Made by a program: the position numbers and the translations under genes. The notes under the pieces are model-generated. The model saw only the letters and a list, made by a program, of their open reading frames with translations. It ran no database searches and was not told the DNA's origin. Positions 48,567-61,327 of a DNA stretch of 64,000 nt are shown one piece after another; position 1 is the first letter of the stretch; the number at the start of each line of letters is the position of its first letter. The DNA is from Sphyrna mokarran (Eukaryota). The DNA is taken from contig JAGIQG010000004.1 in NCBI GenBank assembly GCA_024679065.1, positions 70,680,001-70,744,000 on the forward strand, in the 5' to 3' direction.

Positions 48567-50761
48567 ATAGAACATAGAACATAGAACACTACAGCACAAA
48601 CAGGCCCTTCGGCCCACAAGTTGTGCCGAACACATCAAGACCTGCCCAGCCGTAGACCTATCTATAACTCCCAATCCCATTGGATCCCATATACTCATCC
48701 AGAAGTCTTTTAAAAGACCCCAGCGAGTTCGCCTCGACCACCACCGATGGCAGCCGATTCCATTCACTCATCACCCTCTGAGTAAAAAACTTTCCCCTAG
48801 CATCTCCTCTGTACTTGCTTCCCTGCACCTTAAATCTGTGCCCTCTCGTCACGACCATTTCAGCCCTGGGAAATAGTCTCTGAGAGTCCACCCTATCTAT
48901 TCCTCTCAACATCTTGTAAACCTCTATCAGGTCGCCACTCAACCTTCGTCTCTCCAGGGAGAACAGTCCCAGCTCCCTCAACCTGTCTTCATAAGGCATG
49001 CCTCCCAATCCAGGCAACATCCTTGTAAATCTCCTGTGCACCCTTTCAATAGCTTCCACGTCCTTCCTATAGTGAGGCGACCAGAACTGCGCACAGTACT
49101 CCAAGTGTGGTCTGACAAGGGTCCTATAAAGCTGCAGCATTAACTCCTGACTCCTGAACTCAATCCCTCGATGAATGAAGGCCAGTACACCGTAAGCTTT
49201 CTTAACCACATCCTCCACCTGGGAGGCCGATTTGAGAGACTTATGGATCCGGACCCCAAGATCCCTCTGCTCTTCCACACAGCTAAGACTCCTACCTTTA
49301 ATAGTGTACTCATTCATCCCGTTGGATCTGCCAAAATGGACCACAACATATTTATCTGTGTTGAAGTCCATCTGCCACTTCTCTGCCCAGTCTTGCATCC
49401 TGTTGATGTCATGCTGCAACCTCTGACATCCCTCCAGACCATCCACAACACCACCGACCTTCATGTCATCGGCGAACTTACTCACCCATCCCTCCACTTC
49501 CTCATCCAGGTCATTTATGAAAATGACAAACAGCAAGGGTCCTAGAACAGATCCCTGGGGCACTCTACTGGTGACCGACCTCCATGCAGAAAGAGAGCCA
49601 TCCACAACCACCCTCTGCCTTCTGCAGGCAAGCCAGTTCTGGATCCACAAGGCCAAAGCCCCTTGGATCCCATGGCCTCTCACCTTCTCAAGAAGTCTTG
49701 CATGTGGGATCTTGTCAAATGCCTTGCTGAAGTCCGTGTACACCACGTCCACTGCTCTTCCTTCGTCAATGTGTTCAGTCACATTTTCGAAGAACTCAAT
49801 TAAGCTCGTAAGGCACGACCTGCCTTTTACAAAACCATGCTGACTATTTCTAATCAACCTAAACTTCTCCAAATGCTCGTAAATCTTGTCCCTCAGACGC
49901 CTCTCCATCAGCTTACCACCCACTGAGGTCAGACTCACCGGTCGGTAATTTCCAGGACTATCCCTGTTCCCTTTCTTGAAAATAGGGACCACATCCGCAA
50001 TCCTCCAATCCTCCGGAACCCCTCCCGTCTCCATCGATGACGCAAAGATCATCGCCAGGGGCTCTGCAATGACATCCCTCACCTCCCACAATAACCTGGG
50101 GTACATCCCATCTGGTCCTGGAGACTTGTCTATCTTGATAGCATTTAGAAGTTCTAACACATCCGCTTCCTTAATATCTACATACTCAATCTTTTCAGTC
50201 TGCCGCAAACTTGTAGTGCATCCTCCCAGTTCACTTTCCACCGTGAATACTGAGGCAAAGTACTCATTAAGCACCTCTGCCATTTCTTCTGGTTCCATAC
50301 AGACTTTTCCCCCTTCACTTTTTATAGGTCCTATCCCTTCTCTTCTCATCCTTTTACTTTTCACATATTTGTAGAAGGCCTTGGGATTCTCCTTAATCCT
50401 ACCAGCCAAGGCCTTCTCATTACCCCTTCTGGCTCTCCTAATTTCCTTTATAAGCTCTCTTCTATAAGCCTTATACTTCTCTAGATCCCCAACATTTCCG
50501 AGCTCTTTGAACCTTTTATACACCTTTCTTTTCTTCCTGACTATGTTCACCACTGCCTTCGTGCACCACGGTTCCCGCGTCCTACCAAAACCTCCTTGTC
50601 TCACCGGAACGTTGTTGTGCAGAGCTCCAGACAAGCATTCCTTGAATATCTGCCACCTTCCTTCTGTGCTTTTCTCCAAGAACACCTCCTTCTAGTTTAT
50701 TCGCCCCAACATCTGTCTGATGTCTTCATATTTCCCCTTATTCCAGACAAACACCTTCTGT
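48567..50761 (-). mobile_element. Young CR1 (HER1-like) LINE, 5'-truncated, 2.2 kb
   Basis: (ACATAGA)n tail, retained CpGs, 675-codon open frame. Confidence 0.97.
48658..50685 (-). CDS. CR1 ORF2 reverse transcriptase (endonuclease domain lost to truncation)
   Basis: KSPGPDG, NYRPVSLTS, SQHGF..GRSCLT.L, DFSKAFDK.PH, VPQGSVLGPLLF, KFADD, LVRPHLEYC.QFWSP. The frame continues upstream to ~50760 through one TAG at an expected Trp (IN*K). Confidence 0.95.
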   Translation of the reverse strand: MFLEKSTEGRWQIFKECLSGALHNNVPVRQGGFGRTREPWCTKAVVNIVRKKRKVYKRFKELGNVGDLEKYKAYRRELIKEIRRARRGNEKALAGRIKENPKAFYKYVKSKRMRREGIGPIKSEGGKVCMEPEEMAEVLNEYFASVFTVESELGGCTTSLRQTEKIEYVDIKEADVLELLNAIKIDKSPGPDGMYPRLLWEVRDVIAEPLAMIFASSMETGGVPEDWRIADVVPIFKKGNRDSPGNYRPVSLTSVGGKLMERRLRDKIYEHLEKFRLIRNSQHGFVKGRSCLTSLIEFFENVTEHIDEGRAVDVVYTDFSKAFDKIPHARLLEKVRGHGIQGALALWIQNWLACRRQRVVVDGSLSAWRSVTSRVPQGSVLGPLLFVIFINDLDEEVEGWVSKFADDMKVGGVVDGLEGCQRLQHDINRMQDWAEKWQMDFNTDKYVVVHFGRSNGMNEYTIKGRSLSCVEEQRDLGVRIHKSLKSASQVEDVVKKAYGVLAFIHRGIEFRSQELMLQLYRTLVRPHLEYCAQFWSPHYRKDVEAIERVHRRFTRMLPGLGGMPYEDRLRELGLFSLERRRLSGDLIEVYKMLRGIDRVDSQRLFPRAEMVVTRGHRFKVQGSKYRGDARGKFFTQRVMSEWNRLPSVVVEANSLGSFKRLLDEYMGSNGIGSYR

Positions 50762-51484
50762 TTGACAGAAGGATAGATAGACAGAAGATAGATAGACAGA
50801 TAGATAAACATAGATAGACAGAATCTTTCAACATCCTGATTGTTGATGACAATTCCACCCTGTGACTTGTTAATGTTTAGATTCCAGGTTTGTCTTCATT
50901 TGAGAAATATACACATAATATCTAATTAATGTAAAATAATTCTCAGATAGAAGAAAGTAGAGTACTTTGTTTTATAAATCACCAAGAAAATTTAATTGGA
51001 TCTTATATATGGTCCTGATATCGACAGATCAATTATGAATGAAAACTAGTAATTTCTTCATGATATGAATGAAGCTGGGGTTTACAGGTATGAATTTCAC
51101 AATCTGTCATTTGAAATTTACAAGATGAAGCATGGAATGGGAAGATTAGTCTCTCGACTGTTGCTTTATCACTTATATTCCAGGTTCCACTCACTTACAA
51201 ATACATAGCTATCTGTACAACAAATTCTTTTCAAATATGAAATATTGACCTTATAAACTACTTGATTTTAAAACATGAATACAATATACAAAAGAGTTGT
51301 GGATGATGCATTTTCATCCCTTTTATTGGATTTCACTCAATTCTGTCTATTGATTGATGTGAGTTATAGAATGTCAGTACGTGTTGCAGAAACTGTATTA
51401 CTAAACAAACACATTATAACATTATCAATGTAGCATCAGCACAACTAACAATCATTACATGTCATTAGGACAGTCACTAGAAGT

Positions 51485-51555
51485 TCTTGTGGCACAATGA
51501 ATAGTGCCTCTGCCTCTGAACCAGGAGCTTTGAGTTCAAGTCCCACCCCAGGACT
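51485..51555 (+). mobile_element. tRNA-derived SINE head
   Basis: A-box-like TGGCACAATG and B-box-like GAGTTCAAGTCC; no complete cloverleaf. Confidence 0.5.
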
Positions 51556-53104
51556 TCATGGTGGGGGTGCGGTAAAATTCCAGCCATTATTTTTTGGTTT
51601 TAAGCATTAGCCCAAGGCCATGTTTGCTTGCTAAGATGGATATCCAACTTTCAATAGCAATGTTGAAAAAAAGAATGGAAACTAAGTCTCTCACTAAAGT
51701 ACACAACTACAAACTCTTTAAAGTATTCATGTCATTGAGTAACTGCTATATAGAAAGCCATAATGTTCAGAAAAATGTTTCCTTTCATAATGCTTCGTTG
51801 TGCTTTCAGAGACTTCATTAATGAACAACAAAAGAATTATTTACAAGGTCTACAAGAGCTGCCATGCTCTTGTAGACATACAAGACATGTCTGCAGCTAG
51901 TTCTAGAATGATTCTGCCAAAGAGAACTCCTCCCCTGGGACATGACTTTGTCACCCAGGCCAGGAGTGGCTTTCGCTGCTGTATTGTCCTTAAATGTGCA
52001 TCATTCCAAGATATGATTATTCAAAACAGGGGGTGGGGGATAGGAAAGCGTGTTTGAATTTGCCAAACTAATAAAACAGTGCAATGATAGTTTGTGACAT
52101 GCCTGCTCAGTGAAAGGCATGTTGGAAAAAGCTGCATGTTTCCGAATAGATCATCCCAATCAGTGACAATAGTCATGTCCCACAAGTAGGGTTAATCTCA
52201 TGCTTTTAGTGAACTAGGCTGAACTTGCTAAACACTATACTGTCTTTTCCTTTAGGAGTTCTCTTAAAACACACCTCTTTCATTAGGCCTTTGGTCAGTC
52301 TTCTGAATATCTGCTCCCTTGACATTTTCCCAATGATCCAGTGAAATCGTTTCTAGATTTTTTATTTTCCTTTGTTAATGTGCTATATGATTGCAAAACT
52401 GTTGTTATTTCTGTATCATCATAGAGTATCTCTGATAGCCAGACTGAGCAGGATAGAACTGGACCCAAGTCATGACATACTTATAAAGTTTTTAATTTTC
52501 AGATATTATAAACATACATTTCCAAACCCTATAAACACATTTACATGTTCTTATTGATAGAGCACAAATGGATCCCCGTTAATGCTGACCCTTGCATACA
52601 GTTAAATCCCCAGCTAATATACAATTAGCAATTATTGGATCCTTTAATATCCTGGACTCTATTGGCACCTTTTTGCCAGAACTTTCTTGCCATTCATGCT
52701 AATAGGATCTTCCTGTCCCACCATTGGCACATCCCCAAAACGGGTTTCACAGTGGCGAGGGGTGCATTCAACAAGAAGCCCCATTGATAATGGCACAATC
52801 GGAAAATGCCGTCACTGTCCAACAATGGGTTGCCCTTGCCACTGTGACACGTGGTAAATTGCACTGAAAATCCCACCCTTTGCCTGTCATTTCAGAGTCC
52901 CTGAATGAAAACATGAATCACAATCAGGTAATGCACTATGTAATTCTGGGCTTGAGCCCTATTCAACGATCATGCTTGATCTCTCTAATCATCATTGGTT
53001 CTGGTCTAATAACACCTCAGATTTAAAATTCACATCTTAATATGTTAATGTCTCCATGGTCTCACATTCCTTATCTTGGTAATCTTCTAAGGACTCCTCT
53101 TAAA

Positions 53105-53750
53105 TATTATTTCATGGGATATGTTACTGGCTGAGCCAGCTGTATTGATCATCTCTAATTGCCCTTCAGAAATGGTGGTGAACTGCTTTATTGGACTGCT
53201 ATAGTCCATGTGATGTCGGTAAATCCACAGTGCTATTCAGAACAGCATTTGAAGATTTCGACTCAATGACAGTGAAGGAGCAGCAATATAATTCCAAGCC
53301 AGGACGGTGTATGGATTGAAGGGAACTTCCAGATGGTGTTGCCCCATGTGCCTGCTGCCCTTGTCCTTTCTCAGCAGTATGGGTCACAGGTTTGGAAGGT
53401 GCTGTTGAAGAAGCTTCGGCGAGTTGCTGCAATGCATTTCGTAGATGCCACTTTGCAGTAGCGGAGGAATCGAATGTTGAAGGTGGTGGATGGGATACCA
53501 ATCAAACAGCTGCTCTTGGATGGTGTGAAACTTCTTGAGTAGTTTTGGAGCTGCATCCATCCAGGCAATTGGGGAGTATTGCATCACACTCCTGACTTTT
53601 ACCTTGTACATGGTGGATATGCTTTGGGGAGTCAGGAGAAGAGTTATTCTCTGGAAGATTTTGAGTCTCTGACCTGTCTTTTAGCCAAACCTTTTATGTG
53701 GATAGTCTAGTTCAGTTTCTTGTCATTGGCAAGTCCTAGGCTACTGATAA
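53105..53750 (-). mobile_element. Zenon/Crack-like LINE 3' part
   Basis: ORF 53384-53611 (YKVKVRSVMQYSPIAWMDAAP.LLKKFHTIQ). Confidence 0.85.
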
Positions 53751-54154
53751 TGCAGGACAACATATTCTACCAACTCTGGCCTCTTATGTATCCCCATTTG
53801 TTTTTCCTCAATATTGTCAGGCATACCTACAGGAGGCATAGCTCTAAATTCTAGGATTACCTCCTTCAGTATCTGGACCTTTGTATCTCTCTCTCTTCCT
53901 TCAACGTCTCTTTCTTTCTCTGTTACTGTACCTCTTTCTCTTCCTTCATCCTTTCTGCCTCGCTAACTCTCTCTCCTCATTCAATCTGTTTGTTTCTGTA
54001 TCTCTCTCTCCTTGAACCTTTGTACTCTGTCCCTCTCCCTGCTTGAAACTCTGCACCTCTCTTTCCTCCTTCAACCTCTCTGCCTCTGTAGCTCTGTCTC
54101 GATTTTAAATTCAAATCCATTGATTAAACATTTGGTCAGCTGTTTTAATATCTT

Positions 54155-54340
54155 AGAAATCATAGAAACCCTACAGTACAGAAAGAGGCCATTCAACCCA
54201 TCAAGTCTGCACCAACCAGGCCCTACCCCCATATCCCTACATATTTTACCCACTAATCCCTCTAACGTAAGCATCTCAGGACACTTAGGAGCCATTTTAG
54301 CATGGCCAATCAACCTAACCCGCACATCTTTGGACTGTAA
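54155..54340 (-). mobile_element. HE1-type SINE 3' part
   Basis: TTTAGCATGGCCAATCAACCTAACCCGCACATCTTTGGACTGT with CATAGAAACCCTACAGT tail. Confidence 0.85.
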
Positions 54341-57300
54341 CTACTTCCATGGTTTGTTTTTTTCTGATTAGGCCTCTGTGAATTCTGTTTTCTTGATATG
54401 GATGATAGCCTCCAACCAATGTTCATTTTATTCCTGAAAATTCTGGATTGTGTTGTAAGTGACAGATATTACTGATAACTATTTGCTGAGGAAAGTTCAA
54501 GCTTGGATTCTCTGTATTGTAGTTTTTATAGATTCATCTCCAGGATGAAGACACCACTGGCAAAGTGCTGCATGCTCCTAGTTGTCACAACTGAGTGGTT
54601 TGCTGAATCACTCATATCCAACCACATTGGTCACATATAGACTAGGATAGATAGCAGGCTTCTTCCTGTGAAGGATGTTAGTGTACCAGTTAAAATATTA
54701 TGACAATTGAACAACTTCATGGCATTTTTAGTGGGACTTGCTTTGTATTTTTATGTTCTTTTAAAAATTGAATGCAAACTCTCTGGCTGATATGTATGAA
54801 CACATATGCCCAGATCTCTGGATTAACCCAGCAATTTAATGATAACAGGACTTTCCCCAGTTAATTTCAAGGCATTATTCCACTGCTAAAATCATAGATT
54901 TGAGCTCAAGAGCAATAAAGGAAGCTGATTATCTTTCCTGGTATTAGTGAATTTCTTCTCAAGTTGATGCCACACATGGTTGTCAAGTCTCTTAACAATA
55001 GGTTACATGGAAATGCAATGGTTCTGCAACATAGAAACAAGGCATTCAGTCCAACAGGTCTATGCCAGTATTAATGCTCCAGACATCTCCCATTCCTCTT
55101 CATTCAACACTATCAGTAAAACATTCCTCACCTCTGGGATAGTTTTCAGCAACAAGTTTTAATGTACCAGTTAATGGCAATTCTGTTACACATAAATGTT
55201 GCATTAAATAACAAGCAATTAATACAATTGGGTTTCCCAGGGATTATAAACTGATCAGGTTTGACCATAACGGATTTTTCAATTCAAAAGGTTTCTAGTG
55301 CCTTAGAGCTCTGATTTTTGGAAGGAAGCTATGTTTGACATTTTGTTACTGTTAGAATGCCTTGGTTGGTCTGTCCAAATAGTTCAGTCATGATTTATTA
55401 AGTGATTAATTCAAGATCAGAGAAATTTGTTTTGGGCTGGCCGCCTCAAGGCCAGAAAATGCCACCTGAGGTCAACTGACCTTTGCATGGTCCTTGCTCT
55501 GTCCCCTACAATTCCTGTGGCAGGAGGGACGTTGAAATTCCACTCTTTGTGTTGAATCCAGCTTAAGGAGTTTCATAATCATCTCAAATCATTAACTCTG
55601 TTTCTCCCTCCGCAGATACTGCCAGACCTTGAGTATTTCCAACACTTTTTGATTTTTTTTATTGCCTCTTGAGACTGATGGCTTCCTCTAGTGTTCCTGC
55701 TGCTTCAATCTCAGCATGGCTCAAACTGGTCACACAATACAGATTGCCAGTCTCTCCTACAGTGAGCCAAACTCCATAGCTCTCTTCTCCAGAGCCCATT
55801 CGCTGTCTCTGACTAGACAGTGAATGCAGAGACAACCTACTAACTGACTGCCTCATTTAAAATTCAGCCGGATTGTGCGCTGCCTCCGCGAGCGGGTTTA
55901 TGATCCCAAAATGATCCCAACATTAGACTTCCACACCTCATTCTTAAATCTCGCTTGTCGAGAGTACTCTGACATCCCTGGTTAAGATATGGAGCAATCA
56001 CAGGGCCAAGATGACTTGTGAATACTTTCGTGTCTTTATAAAAGATGCTTTTTTTGTCTGATTAATACAGTTAATGAGGACGCCCATTTTACTGTGTGTC
56101 CACCTAAGCAACAAAATGACATGGCTTCACAACAACACTGATGTCAAGGTATAAATAACAGGTCACGTAAGTGAGTATCCACCAATAGAGCCAGAACTGG
56201 GAATGAAAGATCATTTTCACAATTGGTAACATTAATAATGAGGAATACTTTGACAAATTAACGCGTATGCCAAAAACATGTTTCAACGCAAAAAGTAGTT
56301 AACTTCCTCATTTAACATTATGTTAACATTTGCTCCTGCCATAAGAATACTGTAGCGGTCTGCTATAAAGCATCATTAGTAACGCCTTATCTTAGTTCCT
56401 GAACTGACAATGTTATGATCAGCCAAGCACTTGATTATTGATGTTAAACTCTGTAGGGTGTTCAGGTTCATTGGATTATTAATCACGTGACTCTATTAGC
56501 GCGCTCCAGAGATTTATCTTTATTAACATATTGCAGATGGGCATTTCCAACTACCGGTCAGATTTCTGGTTAAGCAAATATGCTGAAAATTACCAATATT
56601 CACAATTTAGGGGCCACACATATTTAGCAGGGTTTGCTATGTTTAATGACGGATGCTGATGTTTTCCAAAAATGCCATGACAAGTTCTATGGGAATAAAC
56701 TTTGGCTCAGAAAGACTTGATGAATAGTACAAGGGTCAGCCCAGGAGGTATATTCCACAACCTGTCTCACACTCCTCCATTCGAGCACATTTCAAATACT
56801 CTTTAATGTGCTGATAGTCAGCTTTACTTTGCAGTCCACTCCATACATCTAACATTTTAATTGTAAAGGCGCTGCAAGTAAACTTCTTTTCAGCTAAATA
56901 ATGATAAGTTATTTATTGGGATTTGATAAAGTGATATTAAATATATCAAATAGTTGAGTTGGCCGGGATTATCACTTGTAAAGGTAGCTGGAAGACCTGT
57001 TGCATTTTATTACTGAATGGATGTTGGCAATGTGGCTGATGGAGCCTGGTCTAGAATTTGGTCAACAGTTTGCGAGCATCTGGCATCAGTAGATGTCTTC
57101 ATTGCTCAAAGCACAAAATACTTTCTTTGCCTTTGTAGAGTTTTTGGTTTTGTAGAGACAGTGTTTGTAGAAAATCATTGGTTTGAGTTTTACACAGAAT
57201 AGATGAGGTTCTTTAACATTATGAGATGGCTCTTTAAATAATACATTGGAGAACTCACCTTATATCCCAGCAGAACATTTTTTGCACAAACTTGCATGAT

Positions 57301-58327
57301 CATGTCTGACAGACCAACATCTCAACCTTGTGTGTTCAATTGTTTTACACAGAGCTCTTATTTGACTGCCATGTACTGCACAGTTTAAATAGTTTCCTGT
57401 CACATTGAGTTACAGAGAATGTAATTGCTCCAAACGTTGGCCTCAGTAGAAGAGCTCAAGAAGTTGTTGCTTTGTTGCAAAAAGCCAACTGATTCACAAA
57501 TGTCCTCAATGGGAGGAAATACGCAGCGGGCGAGTGCCATTGGTGGAACTGGAAAACCCTGCCGGCATGAACAGCCAGAAGGTTCCTGCCTAATAATCTT
57601 CAGTTTTTAAAAACTTGTCAATGATAAATCTCTAACTGACAAAGCTGAAATAAGGAATTTGCTAAATTTTATGTCGATTTGATGTTCAACGCTGACCTAA
57701 AACTTTCATATCCGGGGACTGTATCCCAGAAATCGCACTTAGGGAACATACGGAAGTCGGGAATTGCCTGGGAAACTTAAACCTCCAACTGGCCATTACA
57801 CATCACCTGGAACCAACTCAACTCTTGTTTACATCAGAGATTTTGGATGCTTCCTACTGTGTTAACAGGATAGTTACCCAGGAAAAGATAGCAGGATTAA
57901 AACCACATCTGACTCTTGGGTAACTAAAGTACGCAGTCCCACCCCGCTATCCCATAACCCTCTGTCCACCTTGCTGGGTCCCTGACAGCCCTCCCCAACA
58001 CCTTGACAAATCCCCAAACTTGAGGTGCCCTCCTGACCACTTGGCCATCCTCACAATGCCCCTAACAATCCTCACAACATTGATTACCCTCTTGATCCCT
58101 TGACTACCTCCCCACCCAAATGACCACTATCCTCATCCTCTGACCACCCACCCCACTCTCTTGACTTTCGCCCAAGACCCCAATATCTTCACAGGCTGAT
58201 AGCACCCACCTGACTACTCTCCCACCGATCCAACCACTATTCCCTCCTAGCTTATCATGCATTTACCTTACACACAATCTAGTTTCTCAAAGTTTCTGGG
58301 ACTTTTAAACTTACTGTTTTATGGCAG

Positions 58328-58455
58328 GATGAAGGGTCATCCTGACTCAAACCATTGGGTCTATTCTCTCTCCACAGACCCTGTCAGAACTGCTGAGATT
58401 TTCTATCATTTTCTGTTTTTTTTTAGATTCCAACATTCAGGGTATTTTGCTTTCA
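58328..58455 (+). mobile_element. Penelope-like terminal fragment with decayed hammerhead
   Basis: GATGAAGGGTC(ATCCT)GACTC-AAAC followed by CTCTCTCCACAGA..CTGCTGAG. Confidence 0.6.
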
Positions 58456-59029
58456 TCTTAGTGCTATAAAAAAGTCGTGGCTTCCTTTTACTTGACACCC
58501 AGTATGGACATATGAATAGAAGGAGAGAAGGCATAATTTGTACAGAAATCACATAAAAAAACAGCTTCCCATGGATTCAAAGTAACTCATCACATCTCTT
58601 TAAAAATGCTTCTTTAAATAGTGTTACAAAGCAAAATTATCAGCAGTTTAGACAAGAAGAGTACATGACCTGTATAGTTGAGAGCAGTGCACTGATACAA
58701 AAGGATGACTGGGTGGTTCACACAGATTGTATTGTCCGCAGGAGCCTGGATTAGCAACATTCTGCCCCCATTGGTCCACAAGCTTTTGTAGATATCACAT
58801 TTGTGCAACTTAATCTACTCTGAATCTATCTATTTTAAGCATTGGTAAGGCCACACAATACAATAGGGAGAATCCTCAATGTATAGATGGAACTTTATGT
58901 CAACAAGGGCTGTGTGATTGTCTTGACTGTTGACAATATCATAGGCAGATGCATCTGCAACTAGTAAGTTAGTGAAATTGAGGTCAAATGAATGTGCGTA
59001 CATGTGAGTGTGTATTTACATTTTGGTAA

Positions 59030-60349
59030 GACCATAAGATGTAGGAGTAAAAATGGGCCACTTGGTTTATCGAGTCAACTCCATCATTGAATGAGATCAT
59101 GATTGATCAGATATGGTAATCCTCACCTCCACTTTCCTACCTTACTGCCATTACCATTGATTCCCTTACTGGTTAAAAATCTGTCTATCTCGGCCTTGAA
59201 CATCTTTAATGTTCTGGCCTCTACAGCCTCTGCAGCAAATTCTACAGATTCACCACCCTCTGTAAGAAGAAATTCCTCCTCACCTCAGTCTTAAATGGAT
59301 GACCCCCTCACTCTGAGATTATGATCTCTGCTCCTAGACTCTTCCCGCAAGAGAAAACCATTTCTCAGCAACTATTCTGTTAGCCCCTCCTCCCTTACGA
59401 ATCTCATATATCATAAAAAAGTCACCTCTCATTCTTCTAACCTCCAATGAATACATGTTTAACCTACTCAATCTCTCCTCATAAGGACACAGGAACACAA
59501 GAAATAGGAGCAGGAGTAAGCCACCAGGCCCATCAAGCCTGCCTCACCATTCAATATGATCATCATGGTTGATCTAAGCCTTAAATCCTTTTTTGTACCG
59601 TTTTCCCATCGCCCTCTACTTCTTCATCTATCGAATATATATCCACTTCCACTTTGAATACTTCTAATGCTCTAGTCTCCACCACCCTTTAGGCAGAGAA
59701 TTTCAGAGATTCGCCACTGTCTGCAAGATAAAATTTCTACATACCTCATTTTTAAATCTTTTATCTTGAGGCTGTGTCCTCTTGTTCAAAATTCCACCAA
59801 TAGTGAAAACATCTCATCATCTACCCTCTTAAGCCCCCTCAGGATCTTATATGTTTGAATAAGATCACCTCTCATGTAAACCCCAAGGAATATAGTTTCA
59901 GATTATTTATTCTCTATACCTCCAAGAAAATCCCTCCTTAGCTAGGATCAACATAATGAGCTGTCATTGGACTGCCTGCAGTACTAGTATATCTTTCCTT
60001 AAGTAAAGGGACAAAATATTCATAGAATTCTAGGCTTGGTCTAGCTAGTCCTTGTATGGTTTCAGCTTTTCTATTTTTATACTCTAATTTCCTTTGAAAT
60101 AAAGGCCAACATTCAATTTGCCTTCCCTATTACTTATTGAAATTACATACTTGCTTTTTGTGATTTATGTACAAGGATGCTTCATCCTTCTGCGCTGCAG
60201 ATTTCTGCAGTCTTTCTCCATTTAAATACTATTCTGCTCTTTTATTCTTCCTACCAAAGTGTTTAACTTCATATTGTTCTATAGTATTTTCTCTTTGCCA
60301 CATTTTTGTCCATTCACTTAACATATTTATATCTTTCTATAGACTCTTT
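59030..60349 (-). mobile_element. Two adjacent CR1 3' fragments (second begins ~59485)
   Basis: Tails AAGACCATAAGATGTAGGAG and GGAACACAAGAAATAGGAGCAGGAGTA; CR1 3' UTR and RT remnants. Confidence 0.85.
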
Positions 60350-61090
60350 GGGCCCAATTTTACCATTGCGTCACACCCGTTTTTGGCCGCGAAAACTTAA
60401 TAAAGTCAGACGTGAGGCCTTTAGTGTGATCTGTGCCTTTGTCCGCAGAGATGCCCACTTTACCAAGGCCTGAAAATAGCCATGATCTGAACCGCAAGTG
60501 AAACGGATGCAGCGACATTTAAATTTACGCATTTAAATTGAATTAATGGGCTGCCTGCCCAATTTTACATGCATTTCCCCCTTTACCATTGCGTTTGCAC
60601 GCCCAGATTTGGTGCAAAACAAACATGCTCAGCAAAGGCCTGTTTTGGGCTCTCCAACTTCTGAAGAGGTAAATTTAGAACTTCCAATGGCTCTCTGACT
60701 CAAATCAATGGTGGGAGGGAGCAAAGTAGTGGGGGAGGGAAGCAACTCAGATCATTCTCTGGTGGGGGGGGAGAGCGGGCAGGCCCGATTGTTCTCTGGT
60801 GGGGAGAGGGGGGAGGAAGAAGGGGAGACAGATGGAGATCAGTGCAGCTATGGGAGGAATGGGTTGGGACTGGGCCCAGGAACAATTGGGGAGGGCCAGC
60901 AATTGGGTCATGAGGGGTTGCACAGCTGCTATCATGAGAGTTGTGGGCTGGCCAGCAATTCAGCTGACCAGAAATCAGAAGGTCACGAGGTCACTGTGCA
61001 TGCACCGATATCGATAGTGGCAGATCGTCCTTTGTGCAATGGCCTGTTCAGCCTGCTTACTTCAACCTCTCCAGCGAGAATAGGCCTCCC
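60350..61090. mobile_element. Non-autonomous TIR element related to 38274-39253, opposite orientation, second TIR not evident
   Basis: Starts GGGCCCAATTTT; aligns by eye with the reverse complement of ~38900-39253 (GAAAACTT.ATAAAGT, TTCCCCTTTACCA, CTTCTGA). Confidence 0.7.
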
Positions 61091-61327
61091 CTCCTGATTT
61101 TTGATGATATTCACATTGGTGTCTCTGCAATGCACAGAATGTGGGAAATTCTTCTTGGAACTTCCACTGAAAAAAACAGCATGAATTATTCTAGTTTTCA
61201 CGTAAATTTGCCACTTAGCATTTTTGGGAAGGGGATTCTGACCCATGGGTTTGCTTTTTGTGCAATACTTTATCAAAAGTTTTGTTGGTAATCTGAGTGT
61301 ATTACATCTACTGGTTCCCCATTACTG

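Larger units (their letters stand above)
52975..54390 (+). mobile_element. L2 LINE 3' remnant interrupted by a Zenon/Crack-like LINE, a CT-rich tract and an HE1 SINE
   Basis: DFKI.IL...LHGL..PYL-like stretch (~53020-53085), CAACTCTGGCCTCTT (~53771) and TTTGGTCA.CTG (~54130). Confidence 0.5.

Noticed and set aside
49171-50817. Several plus-strand ORFs of 62-132 aa
   Set aside because: They are antisense shadows of the CR1 RT frame.
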